Assembly: GCA_977862235.1 (NCBI GenBank)
Contig: OZ374563.1
Coordinates: 2,232,001 to 2,296,000, forward strand
Length of the DNA stretch: 64,000 nucleotides
Source of the DNA: Dudresnaya verticillata
Lineage: Eukaryota
Direction of reading: 5' to 3'
Shown one piece after another: positions 48,976 to 61,287 of the stretch (its first letter is position 1; every line of letters starts with the position of its first letter). Under the pieces are notes generated by a model. It saw nothing but the letters and a program-made list of their open reading frames with translations, searched no databases and was not told the DNA's origin. Made by a program: the position numbers and the translations under genes.

Positions 48976-49871
48976 TGTGGTGCAAGGGGAGGTGAGCCCT
49001 TTTTCGCTGAAAGCGGGCAACCCAAATACGTCGACCGACGGAGAAACCGCCACCGGCGCTCACCACCGCCGTTGGCGCGCGAACACGTCATCGACGGCTC
49101 ACTGGGGCGCGCGCGCACACTGCGCGCTGCGCCCCACGCGGGCACTGTACGGTGAGGGGCCGACGTGGCGCCCCGGGGCACTGTGATACGGATCCAGATG
49201 GGATCCGGATCCGGTAACCAGATTGGCTATCTGGATCACCTGAGCTGTAAGATACGCGCCTGTAAGGCTGCGGGTGTTCGCATTGCTGGCCCGATCCGGA
49301 TGGGATCGGGATCGGACAAGTATCGGATTAGATCCAAGGCGCACGCTCTACAGTACACGCGCGCACAGCTGTAAGGCACACGCGTCCACGTGTGTGTGTA
49401 AGCACCCACACAGGGGGTTGCACGGCAGCCTGTCAGGCTCGCGGCTGCATGCAACGGGTGATCTGTCAGGCGCGCCTCGGGACGACACGTGTCCCGAGTT
49501 CCCGCGCTACGCACACGCACCGCCGCCGCACCGCCGTACTATACTTAGGTAAGCCGTTCCAGACGTAACAGTAAACGCCCGGGCAAGCCGGCCTTGGTCC
49601 AGACTTCCCCGTTCCGCACGCGCGTATCCTACCGCTGCCTACGGCTCAAGCGTCTAACTCCCGTGCTTCCACGTCTATCATCGTCCTTGACGTGTTCCCT
49701 TTCTGTTTCCTTTTCCCTTCCTTTCCGCCTCGGGCGTCTACAGTCCGCCCAAGGCGTATCCTTTGCTCTACCACAAGTCGCCCACGGCGAGGCTACTCAC
49801 CGCCACAGGCGCAGCTACCCACCGAGCCCCGAACTGCTCGGCGGTCTACCGTCACAGACGTTTGCACCACA
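48976..49871 (+). repeat. B1 3' LTR
   Basis: Direct repeat of 36626-37519, followed by the TSD. Confidence 0.97.
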
Positions 49872-49876
49872 CGTTC

Positions 49877-51685
49877 GACCGAACCATTTGCCCATGGAGA
49901 GTAGGCAGTTGTAAAATGGTGTTGCGTCCTAAAAGCTTCCGTCAATGCACGCAGTACTGAGTTCTTGAAGTGGGAGCCCTGGTCACTGACCAGCTATTCC
50001 ATGGTGCCGAAACTGGCAACCCATTGTATGAGGGCTTCAGCAGCGGCTTCAGCAGTCGCTTGCTCAGTAGCCCAAAGCCAGACGTACGCCGACAGGTCAT
50101 CCCTGATAATCAAGACGTACTTCTTGCCATCGATCCCTTGTCCCATGTAAAGGAAATCCATGTGCACGACTTCGTTCGGGCGTTCGCCGTGCAAAGCGTG
50201 TCCGAGTGGTCGAGGGACTATCTCACCCGTACGGGTTATGATGCAATGTAGACAGCCTCGTACGAGTGCGTAACATCGGGTGTGATGTCCTCCCACCAGA
50301 AACTTTCCAAGATGATACTCTTGGTGGCATCCATGCCGCGATGCCCAATACTCCCGCAGTGTGAACACACAATTATCTTGAGTTTCAACTCGAGGTCCTC
50401 CTTGGGTATCCAAATCAGGTTTCCCTTCTTCCAGATACTGTCAGCCTCATCAAGGAGTACTCCTGCAGGGCGAGTATGTTTTTGTTGCGAGCTACGGATA
50501 ACGTTGATACCCGGCCAGGCAATGTCGTCTGCAGCGGGGACAAGCTGTTCAGCGTCCTGTAGTAGAACACTGCACAGTGCCGATTTCTCATTTCGATAAC
50601 CCCTAGTCCAGAGGATCAGGATATCCGCGAACACGTTTTCCTCGCCGCGAATGTGCTCGATGACGTAGTTGAACTTGGACAAGTACAACGCCCATCTCTG
50701 AACCTTCGAAACAATGTGGCGCCCCAAGGCTGGTTTCAGCGCAAGGGGTGCAAACACGAACAGCAAATTCCTATGGTCCGTGTACACGTGAGTCCGGGAA
50801 TGTCCAAGCAGCATGTAGTCAAGCTTCTCCAACGTTTGGAAGACTGCGAAGCCTTCCTTCTCGAACGTTGGCCAGTTCCGCGATGCGCCAGAGAACTGGG
50901 AACCCAGAAACGCAAATGGTTCGTGCTGTTGTTCGCCGTACGGCAACCCAAGGTCACATTCCTTGCACTGTGTCACGAAACCTGACCAGTACTGGTCAGA
51001 AGCATCCGTGAATATGCAAATACCCTTGTCCGGGTCAGGGTAGGAAAGCGTAACGGCGTGCCGTAGGCTGTCTTGTAGTTGTGAGAAGGCCTCTTCATGC
51101 CGCGGCCCCCAAGAAAGACTACAAATCGCAATCTTACGGATGGATTTCTTCGTGCGCTTGCCGGACTTGGCGTACGCCTCTTCCATAACATCAACAAGAG
51201 GACCGATTCTTCGTACGAAGTCGGGAATTGCCAACGACATCCAGCGGTAGCAGTAAACGAATTGTGCAAGCTCGTCGGCGGTTTGCGGAGCGCGCATATC
51301 CTGCAGACCTCACAGTCGTGTTGGGTCCGTCCTGTAGCCATTGGCGGACACGATGCGTCCGCACCAGCGAAGCTCCTTGCGAAAGAGCTGGCATTTTCGG
51401 GATGACAGCCATAATTTCTTCTCCTTACAGATGCGTAGAAACTGTTCAATCCGGTCCAGGAGAATATCCTCGTTAATTGCATGCAGGCTGAAATCATCAA
51501 GCCAAGCCTTGAGCGCGTCGCGCAGGCTGGCGAAAAGTGGCTCGACTGAGCTCTGGAAAAAGGCAACGGCGTTCGCCAAGCCTTGTAGAACTCGTTTCGA
51601 GATTACCACCCCGCGCGGGGTGATGACGCCACACGCGGAGTACGAGTCAGGGTGGAGCGGCAGCTGCCAATACCCTAACACAAAG
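49877..51685 (-). pseudogene. pol: Element E (Gypsy) RT C-part, RNase H and integrase N-half
   Basis: GYWQLPL...RVLQGLANA...AWLDDF; FTDASD...EKEGFAV...YTDHRNL; HCGSIGHRG...CLHC, VHMDFLY; joins the 36625 side as PWANGSVERVCREV after removing B1 and one TSD. Confidence 0.9.
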
Positions 51686-52580
51686 TGTGGTGCAAGGGGA
51701 GGCGAGCCCTTTTTCGCTGAAAGCGGTCGGGCTAAATACGTCGACCGACGGAGAAACCGCCACCGGCGCTCACCACCGCCGTTGGCGCGCGAACACGTCA
51801 TCGACGGCTTGCTGAGGCGCGCGCGCGCACTGCGCGCCGCGCGCCACGCGGGCACCGTACAGTGCTGGGCCGACCTGGCGCCCCGGGGCACTGTAGCGCG
51901 GATCCGGATGCGATCCGGATCCGGCATCCAGATTGGCTATCTGGATCGCCTAAGCTGTAAGGTATGCGCCTGTAAGGCTGCGGGTATCAGCATTGCTGGC
52001 CCGATCCGGATGGGATCAGGATCGGACAAGTACCAGATTAGATCTAAGGCGCACGCTCTACAGTGCGCGCGCACGCGCGGCTGTAAGACACACGCGTCCA
52101 CGTGTACGTGTAAGCACCCACACAGGGGATTGTGCGGCGGTCTATCAGACGCGCGGCTGCATGCGACGCGTGATCTGTCAGACGCGCCTCGGGACGACAC
52201 GTGTCCCGAGTTCCCGCGCTACACGCACGCCGCCGCGCCGCCGTACTATACTTAGGTAAGTCGTCCCAGACGTCACAGTAAACGCCCGGGCAAGCCGGCC
52301 TTGGTCCAGACTTCCCCGTTCCGCACGCGCGTATCCTAACGCTGCCTACGGCTAAGCGTCTACCTCCCGTGCTTCCACGTCTACCATCGTCCTTGACGTG
52401 TTCCCTTTCTCTTCCTTTTCCCTCTCTTTCCGCCTCAGGCGTTTACAGTCCGCCCAAGGCGTGCCCCTTTTGCTCTACCACCAAGTCGCCCACGGCGGGA
52501 CTACCTACCGCCGAGGGCGCAGCTACCCACCGAGCCCCGAACTACTCGGCGGTCCATCGTCTACAGACGTTTGCACCACA
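51686..52580 (+). repeat. B2 5' LTR
   Basis: TGTGGTGCAA...TTGCACCACA; more diverged from the B1 LTRs than they are from each other. Confidence 0.95.
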
Positions 52581-52582
52581 TC

Positions 52583-52594
52583 TGGTCTCCCGAC
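52583..52594 (+). promoter_or_regulatory. Primer-binding site of B2
   Basis: TGGTCTCCCGAC after the LTR. Confidence 0.8.
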
Positions 52595-52706
52595 CTAGAA
52601 AGAGCTACGTTTCAACGAGTTTCTCCGTCGTGCGACGTCCGACCCTTTGTCTCTAGACGTTTATCGCTAATCGTCCACGACGTTCAAGCAACTCTACGAT
52701 TGTATC

Positions 52707-55271
52707 ATGGCCTCACGACCGCCGCCGTTGCGAGGCCCAAGTTCAAGAAGACCGTCTTCGACGCCTGGGAGTGTACCTGCGTCAGAACGGTCGCTACAGC
52801 GGATGACAACGAGGTCTGGGCGCCTCGTGAGCCCCGAGATCGTGTCGGCGTTCCCGACGCTACCCCCGGGCCACGGCCACGCAAGCTCCGACGCGTCGCT
52901 CAACGGAGGAGAGTTACCTCCCCCGCCGACGCGCCACAACCCCGTCGTCGTCCGCACCTCCGTCCCCGAGGGATCGGTCCTCCGCACCTACCGCTCCTAC
53001 GTTGACTCGGCTGATACAGTACAAGCCGAGCAACAGGACGTTGTAGACGGAACACAAGCCGACATCGTCGCGGGACAACCGGAACTTCCGGATCAACCAA
53101 CCATCCCCGTCAACGACGATCAAGCGCACTCCGCGGAGCGCAACGTCTCTGACGAACCATTGACACAAGGGGCATGTTGCCCCACTCCCCACGGCAGTGC
53201 CGGTTGTTCGCCGGCTAAGCCGAATTCGCCAAGTCAAAAGGCGCAAGTGACACCCGACCGGTCAAACCGCGAAAGCCAACCGCCAACGGCGTCACCCTCG
53301 GCCGTCCGCGTGAGTAACTTAACGATACCACGCGAACGGATCCGAGAGGTGTGCGTCTTGGAGGACGATGAGATGCTCTCTAGATTTGCCGGGTTACTAG
53401 ACGACAGTGTCGGAGGAATCGCAAGTCGTCTACAGATGTTGGAAGGGGATCGGAACGGTGTCCTACAAGGGCTTCGATCCGACCTCGACCGTCTATTGAC
53501 GAACCAAACCGCCCAAGGCGAGGGTACACAACCACCGCCGGCAGTAACGGTTCATTCGCATTCTGAGCTTAGCTCACGCGAACGCTTTCAGCGACTTGCG
53601 ACTCGCTTAGAGCGTCTCGAAACCGCCAAGTGTCGCAATGGTCCACCGTCTGGTGACGAGAGCTCATGGGAAGATCGTCACAGACGTAAGGATCGGAAGA
53701 AACGCCGACGCAAGCTGCGTCAGAGACGGAAGAAGAATCGTCATCGACGAGGGGACTCATCCTCGTCCTCTTCGGACTCGTCAAGTGACGGAGAGTCATC
53801 AGACTCTTCGTCTGAAGACGACGATTTTCCAACTCTCGGCAGTGCCGCAAGACCTCGCGGAAAGCCGTTCAAGGGGTTGAAGGAGCTACGCCCCTCCAAC
53901 CCCCTTTTCGATCAGTTATTATCGTACAGGACTTACCGTCTCAAAGACGTAGGGCAAAAACGCTCAGGGCGCGACACGGGTAAGGTCAAAGACCATATCA
54001 AGCGCTTGGAGCTGACCATGAAGGACGCCGCCTTCAACGGCAGCGACCCCGTCATGGTCCTCGAGTTTCTGACGCGTTACGCGGATGAAGCCGATACGCT
54101 GGAGATGAGCGAAGCCCAAGCGTTCGTCGCACTGCCGTACTTCTTGCGAGGTACGGCAGCCACGCAATTCCGCTCCGTCAAGTCGACGTCTTCTCGCCTT
54201 CGCGGCGGTGTGTCTTCGTATCCGGAGGCGGTACAGTACCTCCTCCGTATGTATGCTACGCCAGCGGCGATCAGGGACGCTGTCCTCTCCCTACGGTCGA
54301 CTGCCCAAAAGCAAGGCGAGGACGAGACGACCTATGGGATGCGGCTAGCCGGTGCCTGTATTCGTTGCGGTAACGTATATCCCGATTGGGAAAAGATGAC
54401 GCTGTACATCGACGGGTTAGACCCGTCGATCAGGTCCCTGGTCGCTCGCTTCCGAGAAGAAACGCCAAGGGCGGAGTTGTCATTTGAGCGGCTGGTCTAC
54501 TTCGCACAGGACGAAGGGGATGCCAACCGCGCACGACACGGCAGAGCCGGTTCCGCGTCAGCACGACGTGACCTACTGACACCGGCTCAAGCCGTACGCA
54601 CACCGCGATCCGCCATCGACGATGCCCGAGGGGTACTGCGTCCACAGACGAGAGGCGCCAAGCCTGGAGCGCGCGCTATGATAGCGGAGTCCTCCATCGA
54701 GTTCCGAGACGTTAGCCGCCCCGTCGATGACATGGAAACACACGCTGAAGGCGATCTGTACTTGGCAGACGAGCAAGTGTCGGTGCCAACCTCGGCTCTA
54801 CCGACGGACAGTTACGTCGATGACGAGGACGAAAGGGATATGGACCCCGCTCTCGCCTTTGGGCGCTCGGTCGTGCCTGCGCCACCCGTCCCCTATTCCG
54901 AGTATGCTCCTCACGTCCACCGAGCAAGGCCCGGATGGCAGGACAGAGGCCCGCCCCGTCAAGACGCACGTCGGCAGCTGGTATGCCATCAATGCTACGC
55001 CCGCGGACACATCGCGCCGGACTGCTTCCTCCGCATGAGAGACTTCATGAAGGTTATTACAAACTATGAAGGACTAACCGAAGCCGAGAAGGCTGGTGTC
55101 CCCGCTGATGCGTATGTACGTTGCAAGGAACGCGCGACTCTCGACGCTGCTCGCCGTGCTGCACGACCACAATCGCCACGGGGCGGACCCATGCCGCACG
55201 CGGCCGAACGTCACCCGACGATGATCAACCGCTATGTAGCGCCGCAACCACCGCCGCAGGCGAAAAACTAG
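52707..55271 (+). CDS. gag: B2 Gag, 854 aa, open
   Basis: Uninterrupted ORF after the PBS, with a basic/serine-rich segment and a CCHC zinc knuckle. Confidence 0.9.
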   Translation: MASRPPPLRGPSSRRPSSTPGSVPASERSLQRMTTRSGRLVSPEIVSAFPTLPPGHGHASSDASLNGGELPPPPTRHNPVVVRTSVPEGSVLRTYRSYVDSADTVQAEQQDVVDGTQADIVAGQPELPDQPTIPVNDDQAHSAERNVSDEPLTQGACCPTPHGSAGCSPAKPNSPSQKAQVTPDRSNRESQPPTASPSAVRVSNLTIPRERIREVCVLEDDEMLSRFAGLLDDSVGGIASRLQMLEGDRNGVLQGLRSDLDRLLTNQTAQGEGTQPPPAVTVHSHSELSSRERFQRLATRLERLETAKCRNGPPSGDESSWEDRHRRKDRKKRRRKLRQRRKKNRHRRGDSSSSSSDSSSDGESSDSSSEDDDFPTLGSAARPRGKPFKGLKELRPSNPLFDQLLSYRTYRLKDVGQKRSGRDTGKVKDHIKRLELTMKDAAFNGSDPVMVLEFLTRYADEADTLEMSEAQAFVALPYFLRGTAATQFRSVKSTSSRLRGGVSSYPEAVQYLLRMYATPAAIRDAVLSLRSTAQKQGEDETTYGMRLAGACIRCGNVYPDWEKMTLYIDGLDPSIRSLVARFREETPRAELSFERLVYFAQDEGDANRARHGRAGSASARRDLLTPAQAVRTPRSAIDDARGVLRPQTRGAKPGARAMIAESSIEFRDVSRPVDDMETHAEGDLYLADEQVSVPTSALPTDSYVDDEDERDMDPALAFGRSVVPAPPVPYSEYAPHVHRARPGWQDRGPPRQDARRQLVCHQCYARGHIAPDCFLRMRDFMKVITNYEGLTEAEKAGVPADAYVRCKERATLDAARRAARPQSPRGGPMPHAAERHPTMINRYVAPQPPPQAKN

Positions 55272-58200
55272 CTCGGGCACCAAATCCTGACACTGGGGTG
55301 TCGCACTACGAAGAGAGGCCTAGGCCTCGGGTGCTGACACGGAAGGAGGGCCCGAAGTTAGTTACTGATGATGCCGACGGGCGGATAGAGTCGTCACAGA
55401 CGTCATTAAAACGCCCCTGGCGAAGGTACCAACCCCCACAGGCGCGAGGACAGTTGTTCGTAATGGTCAAAAGGAACTATAAGGTGTACGCCGACTTGGG
55501 CGTAACAGTTAGTACCTTGGCACGTAACCTCACTGTCCTCGACACGGGGGCTGGTCCGAATTTCATTCGCATTGACGATATTCCGCTGGAAGCGCGATCG
55601 CGCATCGTGGCAAAGAGCCTCCCCGGCATAGCCGACGCCCACAACAAGGCGATCCAGACAAGAGGCACCATCGACCTGGTCGTTCGTCTAGGACGGAGAG
55701 TCGTCAAGTTGGAACTGATCGTTTGCGAACGACTCGCTGCGCCGGTTATACTCGGCTGCGACTTTTGCGACCGCTTTGTCGAAGCAATATATCCGCGAAG
55801 TCGCGAGGTTGAATTGGATGACGGGACTCGTGTCCCTATAACGCGCCGCCCGCTGCGCCGACCCCCGTCGTACCCTCCGTTACCAACGGAACAGGAATAC
55901 GGCAAGGCCGAAGGGAGGACGTCACCCAAGATCCGAGTCGCCGAGCGCGCGATCATCCCGCCTAAGGCGCAGCAATGGGTATCGGTGACCACCGAGCGCG
56001 CCGGCATCATCACAATTCAACCGTTCGGAACGCTGTACCACAAACAAGGTCTGGCCGTTACGAACGGGATTGCTCAAGTGGACCGGCTAAAAGCGTTTCG
56101 CATTCTGGTTGCCAACTTCTCTCCCCGCCCGCAGGCGTTAGCCAAGGGCCAAGTCGTCGCGACGGCGTTACCACATCCGACAGCAGTGTTCCCCAGTCAC
56201 GTAAGTCTAGCCGATGTTTTGGGCCTCACAGAGGAACAAGCCGAGGAAGAAAAGGCAAACCAAGATTTCCGTTTTCAAACGAACGATAACACTGCGGCAC
56301 AGCCGGATACTTTCACGAAGTCTATCGAGGCAACCACAGCCACACCTCCGTCAGTAGACGATTTAGACCTGGGACATCTCCCCGCCGAGCATCAAGGCCG
56401 GCTCAAGGAGATGTTGCGCAAGTATTCGTCCATGTGGGACGGGTCGTTGGGAGAAATCTCGACCACGGAGCACTACATCGACTTGCTTCCCGATTCTAGA
56501 CCGATATCGTCCCCGCCCTACCAAGCGGGGCCGAAGCAAAGACAACTCGCTCAAGCGGAAGTGGACCGCATGCTGCGTCAAGGGGTTATCGAACCCGCTC
56601 AATCGCCGTGGGCGTCACCAGTGGTCTTCGCCCCCAAGAAGGACGGGACCCTCCGCTTTTGCGTAGACTACCGTCGTTTAAACGCAGTAACCATACGGGA
56701 CACGCACCCGCTGACGCGTATCGACGAATGCATCGACAGTCTAGGGGAAGCAAACGTCTTCACCACCCTAGACTGTAACAGTGGGTACTGGCAAGTGCCG
56801 ATCAATCCGCGAGACCGCGATAAGACTGCTTTCACGTGCCACGCCGGACTGTTCCGCTATAAGCGTATGCCATTCGGTCTCACGAACGCACCCGCTACGT
56901 TTCAACGAACGTTGGACATACTGCTCGCTGGTTACAAGTGGCGTTCGTGCCTCGTCTACCTCGATGACGTAATAATCTTCTCCAGCGACATCGACAGTCA
57001 CTTCCGTCATGTTGATGAGATCCTTTCGACATTGCACCGCGCCGGGGTGACTCTGAAGTTGACCAAGTGTGACTTCTTCACCCCGACCGTCAACTACATA
57101 GGACACGTCATACGTCCAGGACGGTGAGAAGTTGACCGAACTGTCACTGCCGCGCTACGCGAAGCCAAGCATCCACGGGATCAGAAGGAGCTACGGAGTT
57201 TTCTCTGTCTTTGTAACGTCTACAGACGGTTCGTCTCGCGATACGCGCATGTCGCTGCCCCCCTCAACAAGTTGCTGAGGAAGGAACAGGACTTCCGGTT
57301 ACAACCGTTTGATGAGACGCAAGCCAAAGCGTTCAGTACGCTCGTCGAGGCCGTGACTCATCCGCCTATACTGGCGCTACCACAGCAGGGTCTCCCCTAT
57401 TCCGTCGATTGTGACGCAAGCGAGTATCAGGCCGGCTGCGCTCTCTTTCAGACGCAGTCCGACGGGGAACGTAAGCCGCTCAGATTCTGGTCCCGCTCGC
57501 TCACCGCTCCAGAGCGTAACTACTCGGTCTCCGAAAAGGAGTGCCTCGCAGTAGTATGGTCCGTCATGACGCTGAGACCTTACCTCCAGATGGAGTCGTT
57601 CACAGTCCATACGGACCATTCGCCGTTGAGGTGGCTGATGGAAATCAGCGACCCCTCTGGACGGTTAATGCGGTGGCGCCTTCGCCTTTCCGAGTTCGAC
57701 TTTGTCGTGAAGTACAAAAAGGGGTACCTGAATACCCAGGCAGATGCCCTTTCGCGTCTACAGACGAAGGGAGAAACCGTCGAGCCCATTGACGATGATA
57801 TACCGTGCTATCACGGAAACTACGTCCAAGACGACCATCAAACGTCACAGGACGATCTGTCAGACGCCGAAGGCGAGGTCGACTTTGCCGAACGAGAGTT
57901 CGAAGAGTTCGACCAAGTGTTGATCAACAACACGCCACCGGCGGATGAGGTACTCCTTCGCCAAGTGACGCATGAAGAGTTTGTACACGCCCAAGGCGAT
58001 GAAAAATACTGTAACGATGTCAGGAAATGTCTGGATGACGGGATCATCTTACCGTTCGCAACGGATGAACAGGGCCTGTTGGTCCGAACAGTGGAAGTCC
58101 GTCCGCAGGTGGTCGTACCCTCCGCGTTAAGCGCTCGCTTACTCCACCTCCGGCACCACGCCAAGTTGGCAGGGCACCCAGGGGGGCGTAAGTTGTATCA

Positions 58201-59980
58201 TACGCTTCGACACGAATACTATTGGCCATCGATGCCAGTGGACTGCTATGCGGCCGTCCGCAACTGCGCTAAGAATCGCGTATTGCTGCGAAAGAACACC
58301 AAGCAATTGAAGTTATTCCCGGAAACCGAGCCTCTCGAATTCGTATCGATCGACATCCTGGGCGAACTCATCGCACGAAGCGAGGAAACAAGTTCCTACT
58401 CGTCATTGGGGACCGCTTCTCGAAGCTGGTCCGGACGGTCCCACTGCGTAGTATTACGGCATTGGAGATCGCTAAGGCGTTTGTACGACATTGGCTCTTC
58501 GTGTACGGCCCCCCCCAAGAAACTGTTGTCCGACAACGGACCACAGTTTTTGGCTAAGCTGTTTCAGGATATCTGCCGTCTTTTGGGAGTGGAGAATCTC
58601 TTCACCACGACGTACCATCCGCAATGAAATGGCCAGGTAGAACGATTCAATCGAACTATCCTGGCCTCGCTGCGTCACTACGTTGCGGATCATCCGAGAG
58701 ACTGGGACCTGTTCACGGATGCCTTGAGGTTCGCATACAACACACAGTTGCATTCGTCTACACATCTCGCTCCGTTTGAATTGGTTCTGTCTAGGCCACC
58801 ACGGCCATTGTCGCTCGAAGCGGAACCGTCGCTCGAAAGCGTACCCACCGCGGGGCAATACTACACCAAGTGGCGAACCTGGCTGGCCGCACTGATGGGA
58901 ACCGCTAAAGCGTCGTTAGAGAAAACTCAAGCACGTTACAAACGAAACTTCGATACCCGCTTAAGGAAATCGAAGGAAGCAATCGCCGTAGGCGACTTTG
59001 TATTCGTACGTAAGGAATACTTCGCCCGAGGCGGGAGCACGGATCGCGCAGAGCGTAAGCATAAGCTGGCGCCAGTGGCGGACGGACCATACCGGGTAAC
59101 TCACGTTGATAACGGGACAGTAACCGTCGAAGAGGGACATGATGAGCGGGAACGTTTGTCCCGAGACCGCGTGGTCTGGGCGCCGACCCCACCGGGTCAG
59201 GCGGCACCTCCAATCGTCGTACCACCAAGCCCGCCTGAGGAGCAGGACGCAGTCGCCCCCACGTCACAAGGCGAAGGGACGACTACCCCAAGCACGCCAC
59301 CAGCGGACCCGGAGGGGGACGCAGAGACTTCGCATACTGCGGGAGATCCGCAAGAGCGTACGACCACAGCGTCACGCAGTCGTGGGTTGGCAGAGCTTTC
59401 GCCCTTCGCCGCCGATCCCAACGACCGCGCTTCGCAATCCGTCTCCAACGACGACAGTACCCCAGGGGTTCGCACCCGTTTGGAAAACGTCGCTACGGCA
59501 CCGCCGAATTAGAACAATGACTCCACTGAAAGCGCGTCCGATAACGAAGACATTAACCGTGCAAGCACGGAGCAAGGCGCTGCAAGCGATGAACTCGTCT
59601 CAAGACGCAACAATCCACCGACCGCTGATCGAGCGTCCGAGGCCCAAGGCCAACGACTTCGGCGATCAACTCGTCGAGTACGCTTCGCCGAGCCGGAACA
59701 GACGCCCATCACGCAACGAGACAAACCGCCAAAGGCGCTGGACAGGCCCGCGTCCAAGCCGAACGCTGTGAGCGGAACAGAATACGTGATTGAACGCATA
59801 GAGTCGCACGCATACGCGGATGATGATGAGATCCTCTACCGCGTCAAGTGGTTTGGATACCCCGCTTCAGCGAACACCTGGGAGCCAGTATCCAGTTTGC
59901 CGCGCTCCCACGTCACACGATACCACCGTCGCAAACGTATGCAGCTGCCGCCAAACGTCGACGACGCGCAACGCGGCTAA
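55262..59980 (+). pseudogene. pol: B2 pol with stops and frameshifts
   Basis: DTG protease, YLDD RT, stop at 57125-57127, RNase H/integrase ORFs 57272..58627 and 58724..59512, chromodomain 59768-59980. Confidence 0.93.
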
Positions 59981-61287
59981 CCCTAGTCCGGAAATACCGC
60001 TGGAAGCGAATGGACGGACGATCGAGCCCACGTGCTCGACCTACGATCGCCAACGGCGCGGAAGCTCAACCCATGCCCTGTGGACGCGGTCGCCGGAGCG
60101 ACAGCGCCAACCACGCGTGCACGCCATGGACGAACGCGGACGCAAGTCGTTGCGTCATAGACAGCCTCGCGCACGCCACCTCGCAGCAGCCCCCATACGG
60201 AACTTCTAGATGGGTGCGCTGTTGACAGTGGATCCAGATCGCAAATCGAGATCCGCCGCCGGCGACCCTCGGGCAATATGAGGCAGTAATTGGTCCAATT
60301 TTAATTTCCAAACACGGCAGCGCGCACCACCCCGCCGTGAATGCACGACGAACGCAATTATGCCAAGTGGCTGAGCAGGTGCTACGAGCCCCAGCGACGA
60401 CAGGCGCAAAGTAGCAGCGCACGACAACCGTCTCCGACGTCGAGACGTGCCTCGCCCCACGGCCAAGTCCCTGGGACCGCCACCCTGCCGGCCACGGTCT
60501 CGCGCGCAAGACCCGTCGAACGTCTCCGACGTAACTCGCCGAGAAGGGGCACACCGACAAACCCACCCCCGAAGCGGGGGGAAGGTGGTCGAAGACGCAG
60601 TTGCTGCGGGTTCCGTACACGACGCGCCAACAAATCGCCAACTACTCCGCCGCTGCCTGCAGCCGCCGCGCAGTCGCGCGAGCGCGACCGACAACTCTAC
60701 CCTACCCACAACGAGGAACGTCGAAGACGAAAGGGGCGGCAACGCCGAAGCGCCAAAACCTACCTCACCGCCTTCGCGACCGTCGTCGAGGACGCCGAAA
60801 AACCACGCCCAAGGCGCACTGACCCAACAAACCACGCCCAAGGCGCAGTGCGACACATGAAATACAAAAAACAAAACGCTAGGTAAGCGGAAATACGACA
60901 ACGCCACGCGTGAAACACGAAGAACAACGCTACTACAGCGGACCCTACCGGACAAACACAGCCAAGTGCCAACGCACGGCCAAGGCTATAGGCATCAAAC
61001 GCCAACGCTACTGTAGCGGACAACTGAGAACACGACGCAAAGTCGAAAGTGGAGCACAAGGTTACACCCTAAGGCCAACGCGAAACGCGACACACAAAGA
61101 CGCTGACAATGGCCGAAGTTTACTGGGCTAAAGACAAATGGGGACAAACCCTCGCCCTAGCGATCGACCACTACAGCTACATTAATCGTCAAATACGAAG
61201 GGGAATACTCCGCTCGTCGCTCTCACAAGGGAGCCGAAAGGCAACAAAATACGCACCTCGCGTCCGCTATCCGTTCCTGAAACGACA

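Larger units (their letters stand above)
36626..49871 (+). mobile_element. Full-length Ty3/Gypsy chromodomain-bearing element B1 (13,246 bp) with antisense accessory gene
   Basis: Two ~895-bp LTRs, TSD CGTTC (36621-36625, 49872-49876), PBS, gag, PR-RT-RH-IN-chromodomain and PPT. Confidence 0.97.
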
